Source: an uncultured bacterium (GTDB lineage: Bacteria; Desulfobacterota; Deferrimicrobia; Deferrimicrobiales; Deferrimicrobiaceae). From it: a stretch of 64,000 bases of DNA. Below the pieces are notes generated by a model. That model was given only the letters and a program-made list of their open reading frames with translations, was not told the origin of the DNA and did not search any database. Location: contig CAWHIM010000008.1 in assembly GCA_963829245.1 (NCBI GenBank), positions 67,452 through 131,451 of the forward strand. The letters run 5' to 3'. Below, one piece after another: positions 8,290 to 18,631 of this stretch (position 1 is the first letter of the stretch; every line of letters begins with the position of its first letter). Made by a program: the position numbers and the translations under genes.

Positions 8290-11008
8290 CACCAGTCCCT
8301 CGAACCGGGAGACCCCAAAGAAAGGCCACGAAGAGGCAACCGTGAATACTCCCGAATCGAAGCCGGGATCGAAGCCCGATGCGAAGGACGATCTGAAATC
8401 CCTTCCCATGTCGGAAGTGGAGAAAAAATTGGGATCGTCGCCGGACGGTCTCCATCAAGCCGAGGCACAGAAACGGCTGACCCAATACGGGCCGAACGAG
8501 ATCGAAGAAAAAAAGACCAATCCGTTCCTGAAATTCCTCACCTATTTTTGGGGTCCCATCCCTTGGATGATCGAAGCGGCCGTGATCCTTTCGGCGGTAG
8601 CCCGGCATTGGCCGGACTTCGGCATCATCCTCCTTCTGCTTCTGGCCAACGCCGTGGTCGGATTCTGGGAAGAACACCAGGCGGGCAACGCCATCGCCGC
8701 CCTGAAGGCCAAGCTGGCGATCAAGGCCCGGGTGAAACGGGATGGGAAGTGGACCACCCCGGAGGCGCGCGAGCTTGTGCCGGGCGACGTCATCCGCGTG
8801 CGCCTGGGCGACATCGTGCCGGCGGATGCGCGCCTGCTGGAGGGCGACCCGGTCGAAGTGGACCAGTCCGCGCTGACGGGCGAATCGTTGCCCGCCACGC
8901 GCAAGTCCGGCGAGGCGGTGTTTTCCGGTTCGATCATTCGCCAGGGGGAAATCGGCGCACTGGTCTATGCCACGGGTTCGAACACCTACTTCGGCAAGAC
9001 GGCGCAACTGGTGCAGGAGGCGCACACCGTCAGCCATTTTCAAAAGGCGGTGTTGAAGATCGGCAATTACCTGATCATCCTCGCGGTGGCCCTGGTAGCG
9101 CTGATTATCACCGTTGCGATCTTCCGCGGCGACCCGATCCTCACCACGTTGCAGTTCGCCCTTGTGCTGACCGTAGCCGCGATCCCCGTGGCCATGCCCA
9201 CGGTGCTGTCCGTGACCATGGCGGTCGGCGCGCGCCTGCTGGCCAAAAAAGAGGCGATCGTGACCCGGTTGGCGGCCATCGAGGAATTGGCGGGCGTGGA
9301 CGTGCTGTGCGCGGACAAGACCGGCACCCTGACCCAGAACAAGCTGACGCTGGGCGATCCGTTCGGCGTGAACGGCATCCCCGCCGATCAAGTCATCCTC
9401 AACGCCGCGCTGGCGTCGCGCGCGGACAACAAGGACACCATCGACCTGGCCGTGCTGGGCGGCCTGAAAAATGACCAGGCATTGAAAGAGTACCAGGTGA
9501 TTCATTTCCAGCCGTTCGACCCGGTACATAAACGCACCGAGGCCACCGTCAAGGGCAAGGACGGAAAGACGTTCAAGGTGACGAAGGGCGCGCCGCAGGT
9601 GATCCTGGAGTTGTCGGCCAACGCCGGTGAAGTAAAACCCGCCGTCGAGAAAGCCGTCGACGAATTCGCGGCGCACGGCTTCCGTTCGCTGGGCGTGGCG
9701 CGGGCCGAAGGAGAAGAACAATGGCAGTTCCTGGGTGTGTTGCCTTTGTTCGATCCGCCACGGGAAGATGCCAGCGCAACCGTCGCGACCGCGCGCAAGA
9801 TGGGCGTAAAGGTCAAGATGGTTACGGGCGATGCACTGGCCATCGCCCGGGAAACCGCCAAGAAATTGAGGATGGGCATGAATATCCTCGATGCCAGCGG
9901 CTTCGGCGATGTAAAGCATGAAGAGAGCACGCCTGTGGTCGAGTCCATCGAGAAGGCCGACGGTTTCGCCCAGGTGTTCCCCGAACACAAGTTCCACATT
10001 GTGGATGTCCTGCAGAAACGCGGCCACATTGTAGGCATGACCGGCGACGGGGTGAACGACGCCCCCGCGCTGAAGAAAGCCGACTGCGGCATCGCCGTTT
10101 CGGGCGCGACGGACGCGGCGCGCGCGGCGGCGGCCATCGTGCTGATGACGCCCGGCCTGTCGGTGATCATCGACGCGATGAAGGAGAGCCGGAAAATCTT
10201 CCAGCGGATGAACAGCTACGCGATCTACCGCATCGCCGAGACGTTGCGCGTGCTGTTGTTCATGACGCTGTCGATCCTGGTGTTCAACTTCTATCCGGTG
10301 ACGGCGGTGATGATCGTGATGCTGGCGTTGCTCAACGACGGCGCCATCCTGTCCATTGCCTACGACAACGTTCATTACAAGGATCAGCCCGAGGCCTGGA
10401 ACATGCGCGTGGTGCTGGGGATCTCCACAGTGCTGGGCGTCGTCGGGGTCGTCTCCGCCTTCGGCTTGTTTTATCTCGGTGAACGCGCCTTTCATCTCGA
10501 CCGTGCGCACCTCCAGACGCTGATGTATCTGAAACTGTCCGTGGCGGGTCATCTGACGATCTTTCTGACGCGCACACGCGGTCCGTTCTGGTCCATACGC
10601 CCTGCGCGGATTTTGTGGGTCGCCGTGCTCGGCACGCAAATCGTGGCGACGTTGATCGCGGTTTATGGGCTGTTTATGACGCCCCTGAGCTGGAGTTGGG
10701 CCGGGTTCGTATGGGGATATGCGCTGTTGTGGTTCCTCGTGAATGACCGCGTGAAATTGCTCGCGTATCGGGTGTTTGATCCAACCAGTGCGCTTCCATT
10801 GGCCAGGGAACCTGTCGATGTGACACCGCAGATCGCCAAGCGAGCCTATGAACTGTACGAGCAGCAAGGCCGCAAGGACGGTCGAGCCGTTCAGGACTGG
10901 GAGAAGGCGGAGCGGGAGATCAGGAATGATGAAACCCGGAAAGAAGCAGACGCGAACAACCCGGCTGACATGCCGAAGGGAAGAAGAGAGAATCATGACA
11001 ACGAATGA
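8279..11008 (+). CDS. P-type ATPase of the plasma-membrane H+-ATPase (P3A) type with a DUF2934-like C-terminal tail
   Basis: [70 protein letters not shown] and [46 protein letters not shown] closely follow plant/fungal AHA/Pma1 blocks. The start overlaps the pgi stop and the stop overlaps the zwf start. Confidence 0.8.
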   Translation: MGDNTSPSNRETPKKGHEEATVNTPESKPGSKPDAKDDLKSLPMSEVEKKLGSSPDGLHQAEAQKRLTQYGPNEIEEKKTNPFLKFLTYFWGPIPWMIEAAVILSAVARHWPDFGIILLLLLANAVVGFWEEHQAGNAIAALKAKLAIKARVKRDGKWTTPEARELVPGDVIRVRLGDIVPADARLLEGDPVEVDQSALTGESLPATRKSGEAVFSGSIIRQGEIGALVYATGSNTYFGKTAQLVQEAHTVSHFQKAVLKIGNYLIILAVALVALIITVAIFRGDPILTTLQFALVLTVAAIPVAMPTVLSVTMAVGARLLAKKEAIVTRLAAIEELAGVDVLCADKTGTLTQNKLTLGDPFGVNGIPADQVILNAALASRADNKDTIDLAVLGGLKNDQALKEYQVIHFQPFDPVHKRTEATVKGKDGKTFKVTKGAPQVILELSANAGEVKPAVEKAVDEFAAHGFRSLGVARAEGEEQWQFLGVLPLFDPPREDASATVATARKMGVKVKMVTGDALAIARETAKKLRMGMNILDASGFGDVKHEESTPVVESIEKADGFAQVFPEHKFHIVDVLQKRGHIVGMTGDGVNDAPALKKADCGIAVSGATDAARAAAAIVLMTPGLSVIIDAMKESRKIFQRMNSYAIYRIAETLRVLLFMTLSILVFNFYPVTAVMIVMLALLNDGAILSIAYDNVHYKDQPEAWNMRVVLGISTVLGVVGVVSAFGLFYLGERAFHLDRAHLQTLMYLKLSVAGHLTIFLTRTRGPFWSIRPARILWVAVLGTQIVATLIAVYGLFMTPLSWSWAGFVWGYALLWFLVNDRVKLLAYRVFDPTSALPLAREPVDVTPQIAKRAYELYEQQGRKDGRAVQDWEKAEREIRNDETRKEADANNPADMPKGRRENHDNE

Positions 11009-12530
11009 CCAACTCGAACCAACCGTGTTCGCCATCTTCGGCGGGATGGGAGATCTGACCTGGCGGAAACTGGTGCCGGCCCTGTTTGACCTCTCCCGGG
11101 ACCGCAGCCTGCCCGCCGATTTTTCGATCATCGCTGTGGACCGGATCAAACTCAACGAGGAAAAACTGCGCCGGCGACTCCAGGACGGGGTCAGAAAGTT
11201 CTCTCGCCGGGGAAACGTCACGGCAGGCGAATGGGCCAAGTTCGCGAGCCATATCCATTACCAGCAGGGTGATTTCAAGAAACTCCGGACGTATGCGGTA
11301 TTGGGCGAACAATGCGCGAAGCTGGAAAGGGAATGGGGCGTCAACGTCCACCGCATCTTTTACATGGCCACACCGCCGAGCATGTTCAGCGAGATCCCGA
11401 AATACCTCGGCAAAGCCGGGTTGGCGCGGGACCGGGAGCTGGCGCGGATCGTGGTCGAAAAACCGATCGGTTACGATCTTCAATCCGCGCGCGCCTTGAA
11501 CGCCACGCTTGCGGACAATTTCGACGAGTCACAGATTTTCCGGATCGACCATTATCTGGGCAAGGAAACGGTGCAGAACATTCTGGCGTTCCGCTTTGCC
11601 AATCCGCTCTTCGAGCCGATCTGGAACCGGCGTTATGTGGAATATGTGACCATCACCGCCGCCGAAGAGGTGGGGGTCGAACATCGCGGCGGCTATTACG
11701 ACCACGCGGGGGCGCTTCGCGACATGGTGCAGAATCACCTGATGCAACTCCTTTGTCTCGTGGCCATGGAACCGATGGTCTCTTTCAATGCCGATGAGAT
11801 CCGCAACAAGAAAGTGGATGTGCTCCACGCCGTTCGTCCGATTCTGCCCGGCGCAGTCCATCAATACGTGGTGCGCGGGCAATACGGGCAGGGTTGGGTC
11901 GGCGGCAGGAAAGCGCCCGGGTATCGCGAAGAGGACGGCGTATCGCCCGATTCCCAGACGGAGACATATGTGGCGTTAAAACTGTTCCTCGACAATTGGC
12001 GCTGGCAGGGCGTCCCTTTCTACCTTCGGACCGGAAAGCGGCTTGCCCGGCAGGCCACGGAAATCGCCATCCAATTCCGCAGCGTGCCGCATCGATCGTT
12101 TCCGCCCGAGGCCAGCCTCGACTGGCAGCCGTCTCGTCTCGTCATGTCGATCCACCCCGACGAAGGCATCGTGCTGCGCTTCCAGGCCAAACACCCCGGG
12201 GCCAAGATGCATTTGCAGACGGTGGAGATGAAGTTCAACTACCAGGAAGCATTCGCCGTCCGGTCGCCCGATGCTTATGAAACATTGCTTTGGGACGTGA
12301 TGAAAAACGATGCCACATTGTTCATGCGCGCCGACCAGGTCGAGGCGGCGTGGCAATTGTTGATGCCGGTGCTTGAGGCGTGGGCGGTGGCCCTTCCCGG
12401 TGATTTCCCCAATTACGCCGCCGGCACCTGGGGACCGGAGGACACTCAGGGACTGCTTGCTCAAGGACACAGCTGGCCGCTGCCTACCGAACTGTTGGGG
12501 CTCCGCAAGAAGAAAGGAAAGGACTCGTGA
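10995..12530 (+). CDS. zwf: Glucose-6-phosphate 1-dehydrogenase
   Basis: ORF 10848-12530 trimmed to ATG 10995. NADP site [22 protein letters not shown], active-site RIDHYLGKE. Confidence 0.9.
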   Translation: MTTNDQLEPTVFAIFGGMGDLTWRKLVPALFDLSRDRSLPADFSIIAVDRIKLNEEKLRRRLQDGVRKFSRRGNVTAGEWAKFASHIHYQQGDFKKLRTYAVLGEQCAKLEREWGVNVHRIFYMATPPSMFSEIPKYLGKAGLARDRELARIVVEKPIGYDLQSARALNATLADNFDESQIFRIDHYLGKETVQNILAFRFANPLFEPIWNRRYVEYVTITAAEEVGVEHRGGYYDHAGALRDMVQNHLMQLLCLVAMEPMVSFNADEIRNKKVDVLHAVRPILPGAVHQYVVRGQYGQGWVGGRKAPGYREEDGVSPDSQTETYVALKLFLDNWRWQGVPFYLRTGKRLARQATEIAIQFRSVPHRSFPPEASLDWQPSRLVMSIHPDEGIVLRFQAKHPGAKMHLQTVEMKFNYQEAFAVRSPDAYETLLWDVMKNDATLFMRADQVEAAWQLLMPVLEAWAVALPGDFPNYAAGTWGPEDTQGLLAQGHSWPLPTELLGLRKKKGKDS

Positions 12531-12569
12531 CTCGGCAAACCGTATTATCAGGCCAGGGGAGGGGAAATC

Positions 12570-13451
12570 ATGTTTAAGATCAAAGGCCCGATTCTTGCCG
12601 CGATGGATCTCGATAATGAATCCGACGATCTCCTTCGTCAGGCGGACGCCCTCGCGCGTGCCTACAACGTCAAACTTTCCGTCTGTCATGTCCTCCCCGA
12701 GATCTTCGCCGTGCGGCCCTTGTTTCCTCAGCTGCATCTTGACGACGCCCTGAAGCGCTCCGGGCTGGAAGCTGCGGTTCGCGACGCTCTTCTGGAGCGC
12801 ATTCGAGCGGTGACGGACCTGGAGTCGCCCCAAACAGGGATTGAGATCGAACAGGGCACCGTGCATGCGGGAATACTTGGTGCCGCCGAACGCATCGGAG
12901 CAGGGGCCGTGGTCATCGGGGGGAAGGTAGATCACAAGGGGCTCCACCTTCTCGGCAACGCCGCGGAGCATGTCGTGCGCTATGCGCATTGTCCCGTCCT
13001 TGTGGCGCGGCCCTCCCCTGCCGGAAAGGTACTTGCGGCGACCGATTTTTCCGACTCTGCCCTTCCTGCCGTGGAAGCGGGCGCCGCCGAGGCACGGCGC
13101 CGCAAGGCCGACCTGACGATCATTCATGCCATCGATCTGCTTCCGGTGATGGGTCCCTTTTATGGGGAGTTCCTAGGCATGCCTCCGATGGATCTCAGCA
13201 AGCAAATGAGTACGCTCTGGCAGACAAAACTTGATGAGTGCGTTCATCACTTCAAGGCCGAAGGCGGCGGCCTGCTCCGCAATGGTCCGGCGGCGCAAGC
13301 GATCTTGAGCGCGGCGTCGGAACTGCCGGCACAACTGCTCGTCGTGGGCACCCATGGCAGAACGGGGTTGAGCCGTATCGCTCTGGGCAGCGTGGCGGAA
13401 GCCGTCGTGCGCGCCGCGCCATGCTCCGTCCTGACAATTCGATTCACCTAG
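12570..13451 (+). CDS. Universal stress protein, tandem UspA domains
   Basis: Two Usp repeats, each ending in the ATP-binding G-x2-G-x9-G(S/T) pattern (VVIGGKVDHKG..., LVVGTHGRTGLSRIALGSVAEAVVRAAPCSVL). Confidence 0.8.
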   Translation: MFKIKGPILAAMDLDNESDDLLRQADALARAYNVKLSVCHVLPEIFAVRPLFPQLHLDDALKRSGLEAAVRDALLERIRAVTDLESPQTGIEIEQGTVHAGILGAAERIGAGAVVIGGKVDHKGLHLLGNAAEHVVRYAHCPVLVARPSPAGKVLAATDFSDSALPAVEAGAAEARRRKADLTIIHAIDLLPVMGPFYGEFLGMPPMDLSKQMSTLWQTKLDECVHHFKAEGGGLLRNGPAAQAILSAASELPAQLLVVGTHGRTGLSRIALGSVAEAVVRAAPCSVLTIRFT

Positions 13452-13475
13452 GAACGCGTGGAGGAGAAACGGGCA

Positions 13476-15563
13476 ATGAGCGCGACTACCAAGACAACTT
13501 CCGCTCCGGCGCAACCGGATCAACTGGCGATCAACACGATCCGTTTTCTGTCGGTTGACGCCGTGCAACAGGCCAATAGCGGCCATCCGGGCCTGCCCCT
13601 GGGCGCCGCCTCCATGGCCTATGTATTGTGGACCCGGTTTCTACGGCATAATCCGATCAATCCGCAATGGTCCGATCGGGACCGATTCGTCCTGTCGGCC
13701 GGCCACGGTTCGATGCTGCTCTACAGTTTGCTGCACCTCACCGGCTATGATCTGCCCCTTGACCAGATCAAGCTATTCCGCCAATGGGGCAGCATTACGC
13801 CCGGTCATCCGGAGCGCGGTGTGACGCCTGGCGTGGAAACCACCACCGGCCCGCTCGGCCAGGGGTTCGGCAACGGCGTGGGCATGGCGATTTCGGAAGC
13901 GCATCTTGCGGCGCGGTACAACCGGCCGGGGTTCGAAATCGTCGATCATTTCACCTACGGGCTGGTCAGCGACGGTGACCTGATGGAGGGCGTCGCTTCC
14001 GAAGCGGCCTCGCTCGCCGGGCAATTGAAACTCGGCAAGCTGATCTACCTCTTCGATGACAACCATGTGACGCTCTCCGCCGGCACGAACATCGCCACGA
14101 ACGAAGCCCACGCGCAGCGCTTCGAGGCGTATGGCTGGCATACGCAATCGGTGGAGGACGGAAACGATGTGGAGGCGATCGACCGGGCTCTGCGCGCGGC
14201 GCGGAACGAAACGAGGCGCCCTTCGCTGATTCTCGTTCGCACCCACCTGGGCTTCGGTTCCCCGAACAAGCAGGACACATTCGAAGCGCACGGTTCACCG
14301 TTGGGCGCAGAAGAGGTGAAACTGACGAAGAAGAACCTGGGTTGGCCTGTCGAGCCCCTCTTCCGTATCCCACCCGAAGCGCTCGCCCATTTTCGCGAGG
14401 CCCTGCCGCGCGGTCGGCGCGCGGAGTCGGAATGGCGGGACCGATTCTCCCGCTACGCCGCGAAACATCCCGACCTGGCCCGGGAGTTTCAAGGAAGGAT
14501 GCGCGGCGAATTGCCCGCCGGCTGGGATGCGGACATTCCCGTTTTTCCGGCGGACCCGAAGGGAATGATGACCCGCGTGGCTTCCGGAAAGGTGATGAAC
14601 GCGATCGCGCCGAAACTTCCGTCGCTGATGGGCGGTTCCGCGGATCTGGATCCCTCGACGCACTCCGCGCTGAAAGGCGCGGGAGATTTTGAATCTTCCG
14701 ATCGAGCCTCGGGCGACACGCAAGGCTCGTGCGGCGGTGGATGGAGTTATGCCGGGTGCAACTTGCACTTCGGTGTTCGCGAACACGGGTTGGGCTCGAT
14801 TCTGAACGGCATGGCCGTGCACGGGGGCATCATCCCGTACGGCGCGACGTTCCTGATCTTCTCCGATTACATGCGCCCTCCCCTCCGGCTGGCGGCCATC
14901 ATGGAGCAGCGGGTTATCTACGTGTTCACGCATGACAGCATTGGACTGGGCGAAGACGGGACCACGCACCAGCCCGTGGAACAACTCGCAAACCTGCGCG
15001 CCGTTCCGCGCCTGATCGTTGTCCGCCCCTGTGATGCCAACGAAACAGCGCATGCGTGGCGCGTGGCGATCGAGACGCAGGACCGGCCGGTCGCCCTGGT
15101 CCTGAGCCGGCAGGATGTGCCGACTCTTAACCGCACCCGCTTTGCCCCCGCCGAGGGATTGAAACGCGGGGCCTACATTCTGGCCGAGGCGGCGAACGGC
15201 CGTCCCGAGATCATTTTGATCGCGACCGGTTCGGAAGTGAGCCTGATCGTCGAAGCAAGGGAGCGATTGCAGCAGCAAAACATTCAAACACGCCTCGTTT
15301 CCATGCCCAGTTGGGAATTGTTCGATGCGCAAGCGGAGGAATATCGCCGCTCCGTATTTCCGCCGTCGATCCGCGCGCGGCTGGCTGTGGAAGCAGGGGC
15401 GACGCAGGGGTGGCATCGCTACGTCGGCGAACATGGCGACGTGATCGGCCTCGACCATTTCGGCGCCTCCGCGCCCGCGCCGGTGCTGATGCGCGAATAC
15501 GGGTTTACCGTCGAGAACGTCTGCAAGCGGGCACTGGCCCTGCTGGAGAAAAACAATGCCTGA
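13476..15563 (+). CDS. tkt: Transketolase
   Basis: ORF 13458 (GTG) to 15563; ATG 13476 is preferred (SD GGAGGAG 9 nt upstream). [43 protein letters not shown]. Confidence 0.9.
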   Translation: MSATTKTTSAPAQPDQLAINTIRFLSVDAVQQANSGHPGLPLGAASMAYVLWTRFLRHNPINPQWSDRDRFVLSAGHGSMLLYSLLHLTGYDLPLDQIKLFRQWGSITPGHPERGVTPGVETTTGPLGQGFGNGVGMAISEAHLAARYNRPGFEIVDHFTYGLVSDGDLMEGVASEAASLAGQLKLGKLIYLFDDNHVTLSAGTNIATNEAHAQRFEAYGWHTQSVEDGNDVEAIDRALRAARNETRRPSLILVRTHLGFGSPNKQDTFEAHGSPLGAEEVKLTKKNLGWPVEPLFRIPPEALAHFREALPRGRRAESEWRDRFSRYAAKHPDLAREFQGRMRGELPAGWDADIPVFPADPKGMMTRVASGKVMNAIAPKLPSLMGGSADLDPSTHSALKGAGDFESSDRASGDTQGSCGGGWSYAGCNLHFGVREHGLGSILNGMAVHGGIIPYGATFLIFSDYMRPPLRLAAIMEQRVIYVFTHDSIGLGEDGTTHQPVEQLANLRAVPRLIVVRPCDANETAHAWRVAIETQDRPVALVLSRQDVPTLNRTRFAPAEGLKRGAYILAEAANGRPEIILIATGSEVSLIVEARERLQQQNIQTRLVSMPSWELFDAQAEEYRRSVFPPSIRARLAVEAGATQGWHRYVGEHGDVIGLDHFGASAPAPVLMREYGFTVENVCKRALALLEKNNA

Positions 15564-16050
15564 TGCGCGGACAGTGCTCCCAGGGATTCCGAAACGTATC
15601 GGTGTCGCTGCGGATCATGGAGGATTTGAGTCGAAGGAGTATCTGGTCGGGATGTTGCGTGCGTCTCACTATGAAGTGGTCGACTTTGGCGACAGCCGGA
15701 AGGATCCGGAGGATGACTATCCTGATTTTGTCGTCCCCTTGGCCCGCGCCGTCGCTCGAGGCGAGGTGGACCGCGGTGTGGCCATCTGCGGCAGTGGCGT
15801 CGGTGCGTGCATTGCCGCCAACAAGGTGCCGGGCGTGCGGGCGTGCCTGATCCATGAACAATTTTCAGCGCGCCAGGGGGTGGAGGACGACGACATGAAC
15901 GTGATCTGCCTGGGAGGACGTGTGGTTGCGAATGCGCTTGCTTGGGAGTTGGTCGGAGCATTTCTCCAGGCACGATTCAGCGGCGCCGTGCGGCACCGGC
16001 GCCGTCTGGCGAAAATCGCAAAGCTGGAAGGCAGGGAGGCGGAATCATGA
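15556..16050 (+). CDS. rpiB: Ribose-5-phosphate isomerase B (RpiB/LacA/LacB family)
   Basis: [16 protein letters not shown] and [20 protein letters not shown]. The ATG overlaps the tkt stop by 8 nt. Confidence 0.85.
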   Translation: MPDARTVLPGIPKRIGVAADHGGFESKEYLVGMLRASHYEVVDFGDSRKDPEDDYPDFVVPLARAVARGEVDRGVAICGSGVGACIAANKVPGVRACLIHEQFSARQGVEDDDMNVICLGGRVVANALAWELVGAFLQARFSGAVRHRRRLAKIAKLEGREAES

Positions 16051-16318
16051 GCGGCAACCCCTTGCATTGACAGGGAACGCCGGGGCAATCCCTCCGGCTG
16101 GCCGCATCCGGCGAGATCTACCGCGAACGCACGCGTGAATCCGGCGAACCGGTTTCCGTCCGCGTTACGACGACGGTCACCTCGGAGCAAAAGGGGATGC
16201 TTGAAATACTCTCGCCGGAACAGGTTCGCTCCACGGTTCCGGCCGGCGGGAAAACCCAGGCCATCCTCACTCGCGCGCCGGGCGACGTCGCGCCCATCGG
16301 CGGGTTGCCGATGAAACC

Positions 16319-17617
16319 ATGATCAGCAGAAAACCAATCGCAGAGGCGGAGCTGGCAAGGCTTCAGCACGTATCCTTCAGCTACTTTCTGCATGAGACGA
16401 ATCCTGATAACGGGCTGGTGATCGACAAGACCGCGGCGGATTGGCCTGCCAGTATTGCCGCTACCGGCTTCGCGTTGGCGGCTTACCCGTTGGCTGTCGA
16501 GCGCGGATTCATGCCGCGTGCGGCGGCGGCAGAACGAACACTGACCACGCTGCGTTTCTTCCGGAACAGCCCGCAAGGCCCCGAACCCGATGCCACCGGC
16601 TACAAGGGCTTTTATTATCATTTTCTCGATATGCGGACCGGCCGGCGCGCCTGGCAATGCGAACTGTCAACGATCGACAGCGCTTTTCTGCTGGCGGGTG
16701 CGTTGACGGCGGGAGTCTACTTTGACGCGGATACGGCGGACGAGCAGGAAATCCGAATGCTTGCCGACGCGCTCTACCGCCGATGCGATTGGCAATGGGC
16801 ACAAGACGGGGGCGCATTGGTTACGCACGGCTGGAAGCCCGAAAGCGGTTTTCTAAAATTCCGTTGGGAAGGCTACGATGAGGCGATGCTGCTGTATATC
16901 CTGGGACTGGGCTCGCCCGCTCATCCGCTGCCCGGGAGTTGCTACGCCGCGTGGACTTCGACGTACCGGTGGGAACACGTTTACGGGTATGAATATCTTT
17001 ACGCCGGGCCGTTGTTCACGCACCAGCTCTCGCATCTCTGGATCGATTTTCGGGGCATTCAGGACGCGTTCATGCGCGTCAAGGGCATCGACTATTTCGA
17101 GAACAGCCGTCGCGCGACGTATGTGCAGCAACAGTACGCGATGGACAACCCGCGCAAGTTCGCCGGCTATGGCCGCCATTGCTGGGGAATTACCGCGAGC
17201 GACGGCCCCGGCCCCGACACGGTCAACGTGAACGGCATCGAGCGCCAATTCTTCGAGTACCTGGGACGAGGCGTGCCGTATGGGCCCGACGACGGCACCA
17301 TCGCGCCGTGGGCGGTGGTGACATCGCTGCCGTTCGCGCCCGAGATCGTGCTCCCCGCGATAGACTATTATGTGAACCAGGTTAAATTAACAGCGATCAA
17401 CCCTTATGGTTTCAAAGCGACGTTTAACCCGACCTACCCGGTAAAATCCGGCAATCCCTATGGCTGGGTATCACCATGGCATTACGGGCTGAATCAAGGG
17501 CCGATCGTTCTGATGATCGAAAACTATCGTACCGGCCTTTTGTGGCGATTGATGCGAGACTGCCCTTACATCGCCAGCGGCTTGCGACGAGCCGGTTTTG
17601 GCGGGGGTTGGTTATGA
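16319..17617 (+). CDS. Glucoamylase-family protein (PF10091/GH144 beta-1,2-glucanase-like), apparently cytoplasmic
   Basis: ASIAATGFALAAYP, GFYYHFLDMRTG, ELSTIDSAFLLAG, GITASDGPGP and GLNQGPIVLMIENYRTGLLW match my memory of the DUF/Glycoamylase family. No signal peptide. Confidence 0.6.
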   Translation: MISRKPIAEAELARLQHVSFSYFLHETNPDNGLVIDKTAADWPASIAATGFALAAYPLAVERGFMPRAAAAERTLTTLRFFRNSPQGPEPDATGYKGFYYHFLDMRTGRRAWQCELSTIDSAFLLAGALTAGVYFDADTADEQEIRMLADALYRRCDWQWAQDGGALVTHGWKPESGFLKFRWEGYDEAMLLYILGLGSPAHPLPGSCYAAWTSTYRWEHVYGYEYLYAGPLFTHQLSHLWIDFRGIQDAFMRVKGIDYFENSRRATYVQQQYAMDNPRKFAGYGRHCWGITASDGPGPDTVNVNGIERQFFEYLGRGVPYGPDDGTIAPWAVVTSLPFAPEIVLPAIDYYVNQVKLTAINPYGFKATFNPTYPVKSGNPYGWVSPWHYGLNQGPIVLMIENYRTGLLWRLMRDCPYIASGLRRAGFGGGWL

Positions 17618-18401
17618 ATCTGTACGGCTTGTCTTTCCATCTCTTTTGGACCCCGGCATCATGAAAATTCCTGTCATCCATGATTTTATCCATGCGCAGT
17701 ACCGGAAGCGGATGGTGGGATCCATCGTAATCGAACGGAGCGCACCGGGAAATGTGTCCTTCGCGGGACGGACCCTGCGGGTTGCCGCCCTCCTCCTCCT
17801 GTTCGGACTGCCGGCACCTCCGGGAGTGTCGTCCTGCCCTGCCGACGCTCCCGGCAACCCGTCTTCACGCGGCGTATTGGTTGGGGAAAATTCCGCCGTT
17901 CTCCCGGAGAATGTCCGCGTATCCAAGCGTCTCTTCGGTCTTCCGGGACTCGCCAACGTCGGTCGCATGACTTTCGGAATTTTTCGTGGCGCCCAGCCGA
18001 AGCCCGAGGGGTTCGCCACCCTGAAGGCGATGGGCGTCAGAACCGTGATCAACCTTCGCACGCATCACGGGGAGGGGGAGGCGGTCAAGGCGGCGGGGAT
18101 GCGATACGTCGAGATCCCAATGAATGTGTGGAGAAAAGTCGACCCGGCAGCGGTGCGGAAGGCGCTGTCGGTGATGACCGACCCGGCGAACCAGCCCGTA
18201 TTCGTCCACTGCTCCCTCGGGGCGGACCGCACGGGGGTAGTGGCGGCGATCTACCGGATGGAGGTCGACGGGTGGAGCGAAGCGGAAGCGGAGGCGGAGA
18301 TGGAGGCCTTCGGCTTCCATGAGTTCTGGTCACAGTTCAAAGAGTTCGTTCGCCGGTACCCGGAGTACCGAATGGAGATCCGCGGCGGGAACGGCCCGTA
18401 A
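17598..18401 (+). CDS. Cys-based protein tyrosine/dual-specificity phosphatase-like protein
   Basis: P-loop HCSLGADRTG (HCx5R). Hydrophobic N-terminal segment LRVAALLLLFGL. Start uncertain (17598, 17661 or 17712). Confidence 0.65.
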   Translation: MAGVGYESVRLVFPSLLDPGIMKIPVIHDFIHAQYRKRMVGSIVIERSAPGNVSFAGRTLRVAALLLLFGLPAPPGVSSCPADAPGNPSSRGVLVGENSAVLPENVRVSKRLFGLPGLANVGRMTFGIFRGAQPKPEGFATLKAMGVRTVINLRTHHGEGEAVKAAGMRYVEIPMNVWRKVDPAAVRKALSVMTDPANQPVFVHCSLGADRTGVVAAIYRMEVDGWSEAEAEAEMEAFGFHEFWSQFKEFVRRYPEYRMEIRGGNGP

Positions 18402-18631
18402 ATCCATCGGGAGACGAAACGCCGCTTCGCCCTCGACTGGCGCAACACCCGGCCCTCGTCAGGCTCCTCCTGGAGGAGCGGCCGCGGATGGCCGTCTGCA
18501 CCCATTTCCTCACCGGGGAGATCTTTTCCTACCATCGCAAGAAGAAGAATCCACGCTCCGGAGTGTTGTCATTCAGTACCGGTAGCGATATCGTATCACC
18601 GCGAGGAAGAGGGCGGCCTCGAGGTGTACTG

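Noticed and set aside
6556-11239. Very long minus-strand ORFs (617 aa at 6556-8409; 1007 aa at 8216-11239) opposite pgi and the P-type ATPase.
   Set aside because: They are stop-codon-poor antisense frames, typical of G+C-rich coding DNA. The composition is low-complexity and Arg/His/Gly/Asp-dominated, with no recognisable family. The plus-strand genes are unambiguous.
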